Below, piece after piece: positions 11,524-25,700 of a stretch of 64,000 bases of DNA; within the stretch, counting starts at the first letter, position 1; each line of letters opens with the position of its first letter. A program made the translations under genes and the position numbers. This DNA comes from Monocercomonoides exilis PA203 (Eukaryota > Protista > Preaxostyla): contig LSRY02000011.1 in NCBI GenBank assembly GCA_001643675.2, positions 992,001 through 1,056,000 of the forward strand. Reading direction: 5' to 3'. The notes below the pieces were generated by a model that worked only from the letters and a program-made list of their open reading frames with translations, had not been told where the DNA came from and searched no databases.

Positions 11524-12930
11524 TCAATGGCCAAATTTCGAAATGTATGAAGCATACACAGAAGAAGTAGTTGCCTTCATCTGTGATCTTATTGGCTCAA
11601 TGTCAGGTGTAAGCATTGAAGTGAGTGAGGAACTATATTGAGAAAAATGTTGGTTTAAAAGACTTGAAGACGGAGAGGAGGAAGAAGAAGAAGAAGAGCG
11701 GGAGGACGATGCTTTCATTGGTGAATCGTCACCTCTGCTCGAATAAGGAGAAGATGGGGAGGATAAATCAGAAGGTGTTTGATGAAAAGAAGAGCCAGAC
11801 GAAGAATCGAAAGCGCTCTGCCTCGATTCGCGCGCCATCAGCGAAGATTGAAGTGACTGCAGCCCAGCAATTGCCGAAGAGACTGAGGAGGAAGAGGAAG
11901 AAGAAGAAGATGATGATGACTTTGAAGTGAGAAGAGAAGGGTCAGCATTGCAAAACGAGTGGTAGCTGTCAGACGCAACAGCTATCTGCATCCTCTTCGG
12001 GTTCCACTGGATCAGCGACTGCTGAGCAGAGCCCGCCAGCACAGACGGAGGAAGCACCCGCTTCACAAAGATTTTCGCTCCGTCTTTTGTTCTGTAGAAC
12101 ACTGCAAATATTCCACTTTCAGATGGCGGCGCGCCTGGCTGGCTGTGGACTGTAAGCACAACCATTTCTCCATTCGACGAAAAGCACGCTTTTGAAATAT
12201 TGCCTTCTTTGCTTTCGGAGTTGCTTATTTTATAGATCAAAGCAAAGCTTCTTGTCTCAAGAATCCACACAGACCCATCTTCAATTTGAGCAAGTGCAAA
12301 TTGAGCATTCGGACTTATTTCAAAGTGCTTTATTTTTTTTCGTTCTGGGCCAAAATTAGTCGTCACAAATGGGGAATGCAAAGGCTCTCTGGAATCATAA
12401 CCAGCAACGCTACTTCGTTCAGTTATTACAAAAAATGCAACTCCGCTTGGATCATATGAAACAAGAGGATTTACAAATCCAGATTCGATATTAAGTATAC
12501 CCTTAGGTACGTCATTTGAAATGTCCCAAAGTCTGATTGTTCCATCAGACGATGCGCTCAAAAAGTCATCATCAACAGGAGATATATCTAAAGAAGTAAT
12601 TTTTTGCTCATGCCCTGGGAAAAATCTGACATACACATTGTCATGAATGCAATGAAGCCTGATGTCTTGCTCGGGGCACATCGGCCCTGAGGCGTAAAGC
12701 ACAACATCAGGACTGTGTGTGAAATGAACATGACTTATTCCATACTTTTTAGAAAATAATGTTTTTAAATGTGAACCTTCCAAAATATCGTAAAAAATAA
12801 GTGTATCCTCGCTTGCTGAAACAAAATAATTGCCATCATCAGAATATGAAATCGAAGAAATTGCTTTTAAATGATCTTTTGTTAAAAAAGAAGGAGAAAA
12901 AGTTTTGATTGTTTCCTCCTTTAAAAACAT
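11524..12930 (-). CDS. WDR82: WD40 protein WDR82/Swd2 (COMPASS / PP1 complex subunit) with Ser-rich tail
   Basis: FSKKYGISHVHFTH, YVRFFPGH..ITSLDISPVDDDFLSASSDGTIRLWD are typical Swd2/WDR82 signatures. Single 468-aa ORF. Confidence 0.88.
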   Translation of the reverse strand: MFLKEETIKTFSPSFLTKDHLKAISSISYSDDGNYFVSASEDTLIFYDILEGSHLKTLFSKKYGISHVHFTHSPDVVLYASGPMCPEQDIRLHCIHDNVYVRFFPGHEQKITSLDISPVDDDFLSASSDGTIRLWDISNDVPKGILNIESGFVNPLVSYDPSGVAFFVITERSSVAGYDSREPLHSPFVTTNFGPERKKIKHFEISPNAQFALAQIEDGSVWILETRSFALIYKISNSESKEGNISKACFSSNGEMVVLTVHSQPGAPPSESGIFAVFYRTKDGAKIFVKRVLPPSVLAGSAQQSLIQWNPKRMQIAVASDSYHSFCNADPSLLTSKSSSSSSSSSSSSVSSAIAGLQSLQSSLMARESRQSAFDSSSGSSFHQTPSDLSSPSSPYSSRGDDSPMKASSSRSSSSSSSSPSSSLLNQHFSQYSSSLTSMLTPDIEPIRSQMKATTSSVYASYISKFGH

Positions 12931-14583
12931 TTCGTTGTGCTACTGTGAATAATGTAGGTTTAACTTTAGAAATTATGTTAATTTGCTCAAAAAATATCCC
13001 AAAAATATATTAAAAATATAGAAATAATGGACACCTTTTTTAAATTGTTTATATTTTTAAATATCGTTTATGAATTATCATTTTTTATTTTTAACAATTC
13101 AAAATTATAAAATTTTTTCATAATTTTTATGGATTCCATCGTTCACCAATAATTAATGATAATTGTAATTTTTCATCAATTGCAGTATAATTTCATTTAA
13201 TGACAAAGAATAACTGTATGTTTATAAATTTAGATATAAATTAAAGAAATTTTGAACTTGTTGGAATGAATAATATTTGAAATTTTCTTGATTAATAATG
13301 ATGGAAAATGAAAATCAATAAATATTCGGAAAATATTGTTAATTTCATTCATTTAAAAACACTATTTTTAAGGAGTCTTACATATCATCAATAATTGCGG
13401 TAAGTGGGCAGATTAGGAGTAGATATTTGAAACATAGGTTATATTTCTATTTTCGGATCTTTTAAGAATTGTTTCATGACTTTTAAAGTTGCTTTTATAA
13501 AGTTTATAAATGAAAATAGTAACATCTATCTGTCCCATTTATAGATATAACTGCATGTTAAAATGTTTTAGACAATGATTAAGTCATTTGAATTTTGCTT
13601 GCGAATTGAATTTTTTCGTTTTTGAGTAATGCTAGACTGAAAAAATGGATGTTCGAATTGCAAAGGCAATAGGTTATTGATGTGTATTTTCTTTCAACGA
13701 AAAGGAAGATCTTTTTGTCAATCTTTAAGAAAATGGCATTATTACGATAAAGGAACATGAATGCACACAATGGTGGATAACGAAGAAAATTATGAATGAA
13801 AAATATATTATAAAAGTCAAATGTATCTCTTTGTGGATTCTTTTAAATACAAGATTGTAAATTGGTAAACTTATGTTCTCATCTTTTTCTTCAATTTTTA
13901 AATTATTTTTCTATGATTATTTCAAAAATGAAATATTTTCAAGAACAAATAATAAAAAGCATTGAAGAATAAATATGCATTTGCAAATTTATTAAAGCTT
14001 TAAAGTATCATTAATATGAATGTTTGTTTTAATCAAACTTCTGTAAATATCAAACTGTCATTATTTTATTTTAATTCTCTTTTACAAATTATATCGGTAG
14101 ATCATATCTAACACATTTCCTGATATTGAAAACATTTCTCATTTGCAAAAAACGTTCAAATTATTTTATCTGATTTTCTTCTTTGAACAAGAAAATTGAA
14201 ATCAAACAAAACCTCATAATCTCCGAGTAATCAATAAAATTTAAAGAAACAAAACTTTGGTGATCACTTTAAAGAATATTCCAATAAAAACATCAACAAA
14301 ATTCAAATTGATCAAAAATTGTTTTAAAATTTGTTGGGCAAGATCAAAAGTTAAATTTTTTGAGTATTTCAAAAATAAATGAAACAGTTATTTTAAATTC
14401 GCTGTGATTTGTTGGTAAATATTGAATTTTCTTAAAAATCAGTGGAATTAATATATTTTCTTTTCTCACCCATAAATTTATAGACTGGAGAAACTTTGAA
14501 GATCAAAAAAGAATTTCACCGAAACAATCAATAGTTTATGGGTAGTTAAATTTTTAATTTAAATATTTCTTAAACTTAAAAGG

Positions 14584-15234
14584 ATGCAAACTACTTGCAA
14601 TAATTTTTTGCAATCTACTATGATTTCAAAATCAAGCTGCATGGATAATGCTGTAACGAAGGAAGGCGTTTGTCAAGAGTCAAAGATTGAGACTTTTGTT
14701 TCATCGAATTTTTCAGCGGAAGCTTTGCATACATTTGAAATCGAAAGAGTTGCCACAATTATATGTGTTTCGTTAACACAAATAATTCCTTCATTAATGC
14801 AAAATGGTTCTAATTACCAAATTACAAATCCAAATTTTCTTTTGACATTTACCCAAAAAGGGTTAAACATTAGAGCGAGCATAATTCAGCTGTTTCAATT
14901 TCTAAGAAGCACGAATATAACTTTATCGGACACTATTTGTGCGATGATACTACTTGACCGATTTTTGATGATGAGCAAACATTCTATCATCGAAAAAGGA
15001 ACTTTAGAAGTAAGCGAAAAGAACTTGGGAACAGTGATAATTTGTGCTCTGATGATCGCACATAAAATTAATCATGATATTCCTTTCCGCAATTCTTACT
15101 GGGCAAGCATGTTTCAAATTGATCTTGCCGATCTAAATCAATCTGAAGTGACATTTCTTTCTCAATTATCGTATCATACTCTTATTAATGAGTCTCATTT
15201 CTATGAAACTATGCACCTTGTTAAAACAAGATGA
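14584..15234 (+). CDS. PHO80/PCL (cyclin-U/P)-like cyclin
   Basis: Cyclin-box-like ICAMILLDRF ... ICALMIAHKINHDIPFRNSYWA ... LNQSEVTFLSQLSY. A short upstream exon cannot be excluded. Confidence 0.8.
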   Translation: MQTTCNNFLQSTMISKSSCMDNAVTKEGVCQESKIETFVSSNFSAEALHTFEIERVATIICVSLTQIIPSLMQNGSNYQITNPNFLLTFTQKGLNIRASIIQLFQFLRSTNITLSDTICAMILLDRFLMMSKHSIIEKGTLEVSEKNLGTVIICALMIAHKINHDIPFRNSYWASMFQIDLADLNQSEVTFLSQLSYHTLINESHFYETMHLVKTR

Positions 15235-15927
15235 AAGTTTTTTGAAAATTGTGTTTTATAAACTTAGAATTGTTCAAATCTGATTTGTTTGAAATGAATT
15301 TCGTTTTTGTTGAGATCTTGTAGATAATCTCTTAGCATTCGTAGTTCTTGTATCGTGTTTTTTTACAAATTTTTAACTTTTTGTTTTGTTTATTGTTGAA
15401 TGTAATGTTCAATTGGGATTGTTGCTCAATTTTTCACTTGTGCAGAATGTCCATTTGTGTAACGACATTTGAGACAGTGGATAATTGATTTTTTTTATTT
15501 TCGAAATTTAACATATTCTCTTCAGAAAAACTTTTTATTATCCTATATATTCAGACATAATTCATTTATAAACTTTGTTATGTGCTTAGCAAAATGATAT
15601 TTTTTTTTTTCGTTTCAATTCTGAACTATATTACATTATCCTTTTGTTATTTAATATGTATCACTTCCTTTTCAAATTGCGTTAAATAATAAATGTGTGT
15701 TTATCAATTATCTGTTTGTTATTTTTTTCTTTCTTTATCGTAATTGTTTTAGTATTGCTGGTCGAAAAAAGGAGAAAAACATAATCTAAAAGATGATTTG
15801 AAATGAAAAGATATAATTTGAAATTATAAATTATTTGATTTTTTTTGTGAAGCATTTATTTATTTGACAAAACTTGTTGCGCATCCAGCAAGAGTGCGGT
15901 AATTCCAATTTTTTATCGCTCTTTTTC

Positions 15928-15973
<46 letters not shown>

Positions 15974-15981
<8 letters not shown>

Positions 15982-16194
15982 GGCTGATCCTTTTTGAAAT
16001 CATACTTTCGTTCGAGTTTTGATCAAAATTTTTATCTCTATGGGATTTAGAAAAAGATTTATTTTCTTTGAAATATTGTTATCACATGTGTGTATTCACA
16101 ATAGTAGTTCATTTTTACCAAATCCCATCGAGATTAAAATCATGATCAAAACTCGAACGAAAGGATGATTTCAAAAAGGATCAGCCAATTTAAA
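15974..16194. mobile_element. MITE-like foldback (~220 bp) adjacent to a 45-nt poly-T
   Basis: 52-bp arms 15974-16025 and 16143-16194 are reverse complements with one mismatch. Pairing continues imperfectly inward (atctctatgggattt / aaatcccatcgagat). No ORF. Confidence 0.6.
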
Positions 16195-19100
16195 TACGTT
16201 TATTTCAAAATCAATTTTCAATAGTTTTTAACTGAAGTTTAATTTTTCGTTATCATATTATTAAATTTGAAAGCTAATGTTTCTTTCACTTATTAGTTAA
16301 CATATGTGACAAAATATTGAACTTCATGCTTTTCATTTGAGAAAAATTGCTCTCTTGATTGACTATTTGTGAATAAAAAATTTGAATAAAATGAATTTTT
16401 TTTTCATGAATACTATTAATTTTAAAAAGCATTTTTTAAAAATGTTCATGAGGTCTGATTGCAGATACAAAAAATTCAATTAATGTGAAAAAATCTGGGG
16501 GAAAATACGGAATAGCAAGCTTTTTTTGCACAAAGAACAAAAAAATTGTTTCATTGATAACTTTACTTAACTGTTTATCTTAATTTTTGTGAAAAGTTCA
16601 TTTCATAAAATTTTTTGGTGAAAAAGAAAAATAATTTTTGTTGTCTGATTCTCATCCCAACTCACAAAATATAACCGAAATGGATGTTAATGCTTTGCGA
16701 TATCATAATTATTATGCTCGTGAAATTTTGTGAGTTGAAAAAAAAAACATGATATAAACATTTATTTTTTATTTCAGCACAAAAATTAAGGAAAACGCAC
16801 TTTTCAAAACAATTTTTGCAACTCAGATTTTAAAATATATTGGACTTTCATATCTGCAAAAAGGTGTCGTTGATATGGGACAAAATATTTGACTTCAAGA
16901 ATTTTCATTGAAAAACAATGCACTTCAGATTCACTTTTTGTGAACAAAAATTTTTAACAAAAATGGTTCATTTCTCGAAATACGTTTGAGGTTACAAAGC
17001 ATAATGTTATTATATTAATTTCGTATATGTGCTAATATGAAAATCGAATTTATTATGAAATCTGGCAAAGTTTAATAATGATGCAAGCGAAACAATCTTT
17101 TCATGCTTTGTGCAAAAAATGCTTGAAAGTCCATATTTTCCCCCATATTATAACAAAATGTTTTGTTATCTCACTCGTATTACATAAAATGGACCCATTT
17201 CACATGTGTTGTTTAATTGCAAAAAGTCTATCCACAGTGCATAATTTATATATGAAAAAGCCTGCAGTCTAATATTTTGTACCATTTGTTAAAGAGTTAA
17301 AAAGTTAAATGTTTTTCTATTTATCATTGCTTGGAACAAAAAAAGTCTGAGAGAAATTATTATTTATATAAAATAAATAAAAAAATTTTTTCTTTTCGAT
17401 TTTTTCCAAGGAAGTAAATTTCGTTATATGAATAACTTAATAGCACCGGGCACTATATAAAGGTTTATATTTAAATGAGGCAATGATTTTATCTTGACCT
17501 TTTTTCTTTATCTAGACCTTTTTCTTTTTTGTCATGTTTTTAGCTTTACACAAGCCTGTGATTAATAAAAAATAACCAGAAATGTTTGAAATATTTGAAT
17601 TTCCTTATTCTGTATTTTTTTTTTCAATATTTCATGTTTTGCAAAAAGATCGAGGATAATAATAATTTTATGTCTTGATCATTGACTTGCTGCTTTTCCA
17701 GCAAATATTTTTTATTAAAAGTTTTATGCTTTTATATCATAATACATCGTTTCTTTTTTATATGATTTAGTTGTTTTATGCTTTCTCAACTTGTTTTTTT
17801 TACATTTATTCTCATTTCACACATTTTTTCAAAAAACACGATTTTAAGGACACATATGAATTTGTTTTGAAATTTATTGAAATGATAAATAAACATTATA
17901 AAAATAAAACGATTCTTGTATGTTAAAAAGATAATTTATTTGTGAGTGTTTGGTAATTTGAAACACAAAAAAATGATATATACTTGCTTTTCAGTTCAAA
18001 TTCTTGAAAAGTTCCTTTTCATTTCAATGCTTGATGCAAATAAACGATAAATAAGACTTTATATATTTTTTTCATTTTTATAAAATTTGACACAAACACT
18101 TGTTTATATAAAAAAACGTGTTTTAAGCAAAAACAGTGAAATGAGAAAAAATGTCAAAAATTAAATTGAAAAAGTTAGAAACAATAAAAAATAAAAATTT
18201 ATGAATGTGGAATTATGATGTTGTGGCTAAAAACGTTCAGGAGAAAACATTCACCTTATCACCAGTATGTCATCGATCTGGGTACAAAAATAAAAAAAAT
18301 AATAACAATTTATATGAACAAAAAATTTTCAAAATATTTAATAACAGAAAGTTGTAAAAAATTATGATAAAATTATTTGTTTATTTATTTTTTGTTTCAA
18401 ACCTTTGCTAAGCTCGAAAAAAGCTTCAAAAAGTTTCAAAAAAAAGGGTTGAGATAAAATTTTGAAGTCAAAATAAAATATGCTCCCTATATATTTATTC
18501 AAAACATACAAGGGTAAAATATTTTGTTGTCATAACTTTTTCAGGATGTTGATAATAGAATAGTCTTTTATCAATAACTGAAAATTATCATTCATATGTC
18601 AAATGTCCAACAATTATATATATATATGTATATAAAGTTTGAAGTGCACATATTTCATAACTATTTTCGATGATTTCATATATTTTCATTATGAATAAAT
18701 AATAATTCAAAATAAAAATTTTAACCAAAAATTTTGACAGAAAAAATATTATTTCAACAATATTCGCACACTTGAAATTATATCCTCCTTAAGAAAAAAA
18801 CCACCATTTCACTTTTGTCATGCCCAAATTTGAAATTCCATTTCGAAGTTTTTATTATGTTTTAAAAAAAAATGTTTCTTTTCGAGTTTTTACAAAGATT
18901 CTTCTTATCTGCAACACTGAAAGATTTTTTGTTCAAATCAAAAGATTTTGTTAATATCAAATTTCTAAAACAATTATTTGTGAAAAAATGACTTCTTTCA
19001 GAACTATTTCATGTGATAATTGTTGTGAATTAACAAATTATACAACATTTCATATTATCATATGAAAAAGTTTCAAATGTTCTTTCATCTTCAGATCTTC

Positions 19101-19731
19101 ACTAAATATCTTCATGTACTTATAAAACAAACTGTTGTTTGAATGAAGATAATTTAATATTTTCATTTTGGATTTTCAGTTAATGAAAAAAAAAAGTTCT
19201 TGTCCAGAGGGAAAAAAAAAGGTTTGAAAATTTTTATTTTCCATCAAATGATTTGAAAAACATAAAATTATCATCATGCATATTATAAATTAATTTAATG
19301 AAAATAAAAACATCATTACTATTCATGTTGAATTTTTACACATGTGCAAAAGATATCTTCCATAAACAACAGAATTTGAGCTTCGGCTCTTCGATGATTA
19401 CATAAAAATGATGTTCATTTTCTCGGAAATGATTTGATGTATGACAACACACATATTGGATTGAATTAAGCATCTAGCTAAATAATAAAAAATAGCTCAT
19501 GAAGTACATTTACAGATGAGTAATGAAATTGCTCGTTGATCCCTTTCGAAAACAACAGACAGTTAACGAACAGTTAAAATCATATTTCTATTGTTTATAA
19601 AATTTCCATCTATTTGAGCATAACAACATCATTTATCGAACGTGAATATAAAAAACTGAAAACTTCTTTCATTCCATTACCTCATTTCCCATAAAATTTC
19701 TTGCATTTTTGTCAATTGCGCTTCATAAATT

Positions 19732-22700
19732 TCATGTTGAAACAGTTAAAGCATTACTAATACATTTTTCAGTTCCACTTTCATCTCCATCTGAATCCTC
19801 TTCCAGATCAGCAGCATCAGAAATTGTGAAAATTACTGCTCCAGCTGGAAATAACTGAATTAATTCTCTCTTTATATCGCTTAGCTTCGGCCTGTTTTCA
19901 TCTTTCTGTTCGATGCAGCACTTTGTCAATTGTAATAGCTTTGACTCACACAAAATTTCCATCTTTGGCCTTTCTCCTTTCACAATCTTATCTCCAGCAA
20001 TCACAGCCTCATACTCTCCAAACGGGATATCCAATGTTAAACATTCCCAAAGCATAATCCCAATCGAGAATGCAACAGATTCTTTTGTTGCCTCCATTTT
20101 CTTGTGGATCAATAACTCTGGCGCTTTCCACCTCAAGCACTCCTTCCAATTATCATCCTCATCCTCAAATGCAGACGAAGGTGGTGAGTCTGAGAATCTC
20201 TCGCTCTTCAATGTTATATTTGACGAAGACGAAATGATAGAAAATGAAGAGATGGATGACGAGTCTGAATCATCTGAAGAGAAATCCGAGTGCATCACAA
20301 TGCAGATGACCATATGCTCGGAGAAAAGAACAATATGCGGACTCAGATTTGCCAGTGATTGAAGTGGAATTTCCATTTCATCAAACGAATGAAGTGCTCC
20401 ATTCGCCACCCAGAACAAGACCTGGGCAGCTGTTTGCTCCCTCTCCTGCAAACTTCCAATTGCCATCTCCTTCTTCTCGTTCCTCCCATGAAGCAACATG
20501 AACAACGAATCCCTCAGATCCACAATCAGTTTCTCGTGTGGAGATGAGCAGGCCATTGCATCCACCAGATTCGACATTGATGAGGTGGTTGGACACAGAT
20601 CCTCCCCTCGAACAAATGTTGAAACTGAATCAGTTGTTGAAGTGGATGAAATTGATGGAGATGGTGTTCTCTTCCTTATCTCTTCTTCTTCATCTTTCTC
20701 CAGCACCCATTCTGGAATCTTGTCTGAGTCCTTTCCTAAAATGTATTCAGTCGATCCACTTTCAGATAGAAGATGTTCTGATGACTCTGAGTGCCCCAAG
20801 CTTTTCTCATACACCCTCTTCTTGATCCTCTCTTCATTCTTCTTCTCGGCCTCCCTCTCTGCTCTCCTCCATTGCTCCTCAGGTGACATCTCCATTGTTA
20901 CCATCTCAATTAGTTTCGGATCTTTTCTCACTGAATCGTTCACAATCTCTCTCAGATCTTTGTTTTCATTCTTTGCCCTTCTCCATCGAATAGCGAGAAC
21001 AATTGACACAATCAGAATAATCAAAAACAACACAGCAAATATAGCAATCACAATAAACAACCAATAAGATTTACCTTCTTTTCCCCCTTCAGCAATTCTA
21101 TCATCTCCTTTGGCCTTAATTTCACTTCCATTCTTCAGAATGAAAGACTCAGTTGATGAAGGAGAATCAACTTTTCCAAACAGAATGCACATGCTCACTT
21201 CTGTCTCGTCTCTCACTTTCTCCAATTCTGAAGATGAAATAACTGAATGAATTTCATTCTCTGACACATAGCTTTCTTCATCAATTTCCTTTCTCACTAT
21301 TTCCTCTTCGTCCCCATTTTTTATGCTAATCTTCACAGACAAATCACATGGCAGAAGCAGCTTCCCATGAATGATCAACTCCAATTCACCTGATGGCTGG
21401 GTTGTTTTCTTCACATCTTCAAGAATTGCAATAAAAAAGGGAGATGCTCTTTCAGCTGCAATCCCTCCCAATCTGCATCCCTCATCCAATATCCAAAGTG
21501 AAGAATTATCTTTCAATCCATCTCCCCCTTTCACACTCACAACATTCAATTTGCCATTCCCTGTGCAGATCACATTCCTTCGAACTGATGGATATTCCTC
21601 AATGGATGGACTGTTGTTCTCAAACTTTCCATTTTCAATTACAAAACTGCCTCCATTCATCCACAACCCACCTGCTTTGCTATTTCTGATTGTTGTTTCC
21701 CTCATCTCCACTTTGCTGTTTTCAATATCAGCCAATGATCCATTCCACCCACAGATCTCCTTTCTGTTCATTTTCCCATTTCTTTTCCTTTTCCATTCTC
21801 CATTCGTTTCTCCATCAAACACGCATGCCTCAATCCTCGCTGCTCTACTTTCTCTTATCTGGACCATGCTTCCTTTATCCTTCGAATTCGTGCATTTGCC
21901 AAATGAGCAATTCAGAACACTCACATCTTTTTCTGCTCCTTCAATCTTCATTGCACTTCCTCCTTTCAACAATGAAATATTACTGGCTGCTATTTCTTTC
22001 ATCTCCACTTTCGCTTTGCCTCCCACCACAACCACATCGCCTTCACATTCAATGTTTGTGATGATCGTCTCAGCCACTACCACTTTTGACTCTTCACAAA
22101 ATGAAAGCACTGATGCTGATAAATGAAGATTCCTGAATGCTGTTTCTGATATCTTCAACTCTCCGCTTTTCACATTCGCAACTGAACTGTTCAATTTCAA
22201 CTCAATTGCTGAAGAGAATTCACATTTTTGCATCTCCATTGAACCATTCTTCACTTTTATGAGATAATTGTGAGTTGACTCAAATCCATCTTCAAACTGG
22301 TATGAGCATCTTTCCACAGAACGTTCATTCATAAACTCCATGATGCAATCCTTCTCAAATGATTTCTCAATCTTTGAGTTCAATCTCACAATCGTTTGTG
22401 ATTTCTTGAATGACCTCACAACCAGATCTACAATCACACATTCTCCAGAAAGAGTTCCTTCCTCATCAATTAGAATCACGTTTATTACTCCTTCCTGGAT
22501 GTGATCAACCCCGCAGTTAATGCTGAGGCATGGATTGCTTTGAGCTCCACACCTTCTGCCGTCAGTTCCTGTTGAATTCAGAAACACCTGTGCGGAATAA
22601 TAGAATGTGATTAATGGAATCAGATCTGTATCAGTTTCATTCTCCGAATCGTTCCCACAGATGGAGTTGTTTGAGTTCAGAGATTCCTGATTGAAGTTCA

Positions 22701-25700
22701 GAGCGAACAGTGTTTCATTGATCTGATGAGCAATTGAGTAGCATCTGATGAATATGTCTTTCCCCACAAATGCTTCATTTTCATAAAATAAGACATTGAC
22801 GATCTTGAATTTCAGAGGTGGAATCTGTGTTTCATCAGCATAATTCGCATTTTCCTCGGCTCCATCAATTAACAGCCCTCCACCTCGCCCTGATTGAGTT
22901 GAGCATTTGCACATCGAAAATGAGCTGCTATTAACTTTCAAAACAGATTCTTCACTCTTCACCGCTACTTTCATTCCTCCACCTTCCAAGCTTGAAGCAC
23001 TCTTACAACTAGATATTGCACACTCATCTATTATGCATTCAAGTACAAAATCAAATGATCCCACATCAATAACACTTGCTCTGCTTCCCTCATTTGTGAT
23101 ATTTGTAAACGAACAACCGACAACTTTCAAAGCAGGTTTGTTGTAGTTTGAATGAAAAAGAGAACATCCATTCATCTGGCTATCGCCTAACCCAGAAATA
23201 AGACTTCCATCTGTTACTCCGATATTTGTGATCTTCACATTCTCGACAATTACATCGATCACTTCTGGAGTGAAAGCAATGAATCCTTTCAATTCATTGA
23301 TCCCATTCAGTGTGCATCTCTGGATCAAAACATTTCCTCCTTTCACTATCATCATGCAATATCCTGCTGTCTCTGTGATCCCCGTCAATGAACCAAATGA
23401 GCAGTCCACAAAAGACAAGTTTGCATTTGCTCCCGATGATTCAATAAATACTTTATGATGGGTTGTGATGGTTGGTTTGGTGAATAACACATTCACAAAT
23501 GACAGGCTCACATTCGATGATATCATTGAACCATCATCCAATTCATTTTCATCTTCATCACTTATGATCAAAGCTGTCCCTTTCTTTGTCCCTTCAATCA
23601 CCACTTTTGGTTACTCTAAAATTTATGATGAAATAAAAGAAAATGAAATGGAATGGCTCAACAGCCCTGATCCCACAATACTGATGTGTGTTTCCCCTTC
23701 TCCAAGTGTTGAATATCTCAGTGATATCAGATGGTCAATCGATGAACATGGTGCTTCTGAAAACCCACACCCACTGAAGTCCTCTCCTTTCTCCTTCGAA
23801 ACAAACCCATCCCCACTCCAATTCGACCACAAATACACAACAAGTGGAATCACATATCCCTCCTCTCCTGTCATCTTCCTCTCCCATCCACACAATTCAT
23901 CCAATAAACCCAACTCCTCTGAACTCATCTCCCATTTGAAGTTCTCTTTGTTCACAATCTCACTCAGATCCCATCCTGAAAGAAACACATTCTTCCCTTT
24001 CCAGGCATTGCATCCTTCGAATATCATTCCTTCAAGCACAGCTGATCCCATTTCTTCTGCAAATCTCACAAACATCCCTCCTCCGATTCCTCTTCCTCCT
24101 TCCTCAAGATCTTCTCTTGGCACTTCACACCCTGAATATTTCACATTTTTCATTTCCATCCTCCCTCCCTTCCCCACTGATATCTTCATTCCTCCCCTTT
24201 CATCCCACTTCCTCCTGAACATGTTGATGAAAAATTGCAGTTTTCAACATTTGCTCTCTCTCCAGCTTTTATTTCCACATTCAAGCATCCTCCGCCATTC
24301 CCACCAGCCACTTCCACTTCACAAACTCTGCTGTTCTTTATATCCAGTTCTGTTCCATTTTTCATCGTTATTGGTGATATTCCATTCATTGTCATTCTCA
24401 CTTCCTCTTCTATCACAAATCCATCAACAATCAGCTCTCCTCCTGTCTGGTCAATAATGCTGTATCCAATCATCCCATTTGTCAGTGCATTTTCTGCAAA
24501 TGAAATGGAGCAGTTTGAGATTGTGAGCGTTGACAGTGATGAATAAATAAGTGCTTTTCTTGCGTTTTTCAGAGGAGAATTCACAAAGAAAGTGATATAG
24601 CTGACTGAAAGCGAACTTGTGCACTCAATAAACCTTTCTTTGTTTGTTGATCCTTCATCACTCACCTCCACTCTCGTTCCCTCTTCTTTCCCACATACAC
24701 TCACCTCAAATGAAGCCACTTTCACTTCACTTTTAATTGATGATTCAGAAACAACTTCGATTTTATGAATGTTGATGTTCGCTCTCTGGCTCACGCAATA
24801 GTCAATTGTCAGACACCCAAACTTCTCGAATCCACATCGGCTGTGATCCAATGACCATTTTCCACTCCCATCAACAATCAGCTTTGATCCCATTGAACAC
24901 AAATACACAAACAGCGGAATCACTTCGTCTTCATTCCCATTCTCATTCCCACTCAACTCCAAAACATCTGTTGGAATGGCTCTTGCATCAAATAGTGCAA
25001 ATGATGTTGCATTCACTTTTGACTCAAGCAATATCCCTGTGTTGCAACTAACAAACACATCCTTCCCATACATTGCGATGTTATCTGCGTCAACTGAAAA
25101 CTTCGCACCGCTCTCTATTTTCAATCCACAATCTCTGCTCCCCATCTCAACCATCATTCCTCCGCCCCTCCCTTCTCTTTCTCCCAAACCATTCGCTTCA
25201 CATCCGTCAATCACACTCGTCCCATTCACTGCCACACTTCCTTCTCCATTCACACTTGCATGTATCCCTCCTCCTCTTCCACAGCAGCTGCACCCTTTGA
25301 TATTGCATCCTTCAATCACAATTATCCCATTCTTTCCCTCACCTCTTTCTGTCCCAACTTCCACATCCATCCATCCATCCTCCATCTCCATTTCTCTTTT
25401 CAACGTTGCTCACATTGCATCCCACACACACAACAACATCCACCCCACTTGCAAACTCAAACAACGAGTGCGCTCCAAATAGTGAACTTTCTTCAATCAC
25501 AAATCTCTCCATTTTTAGCTTTCTTCCAATTACGCTGACAAAGCTGTATCCGATTGCATCACCTTCTGTATTCTCTGAAGAGCAACAAACAGAACAGTCT
25601 GTGAGTGTGAGAAGTGTTGAGTTGGATGAAATCAGTGATGTTACCCCTTCCAGCTCTGTTGGAATGGTAAAGCTGATGTTTTCCATTTTGCATGTGCTCT

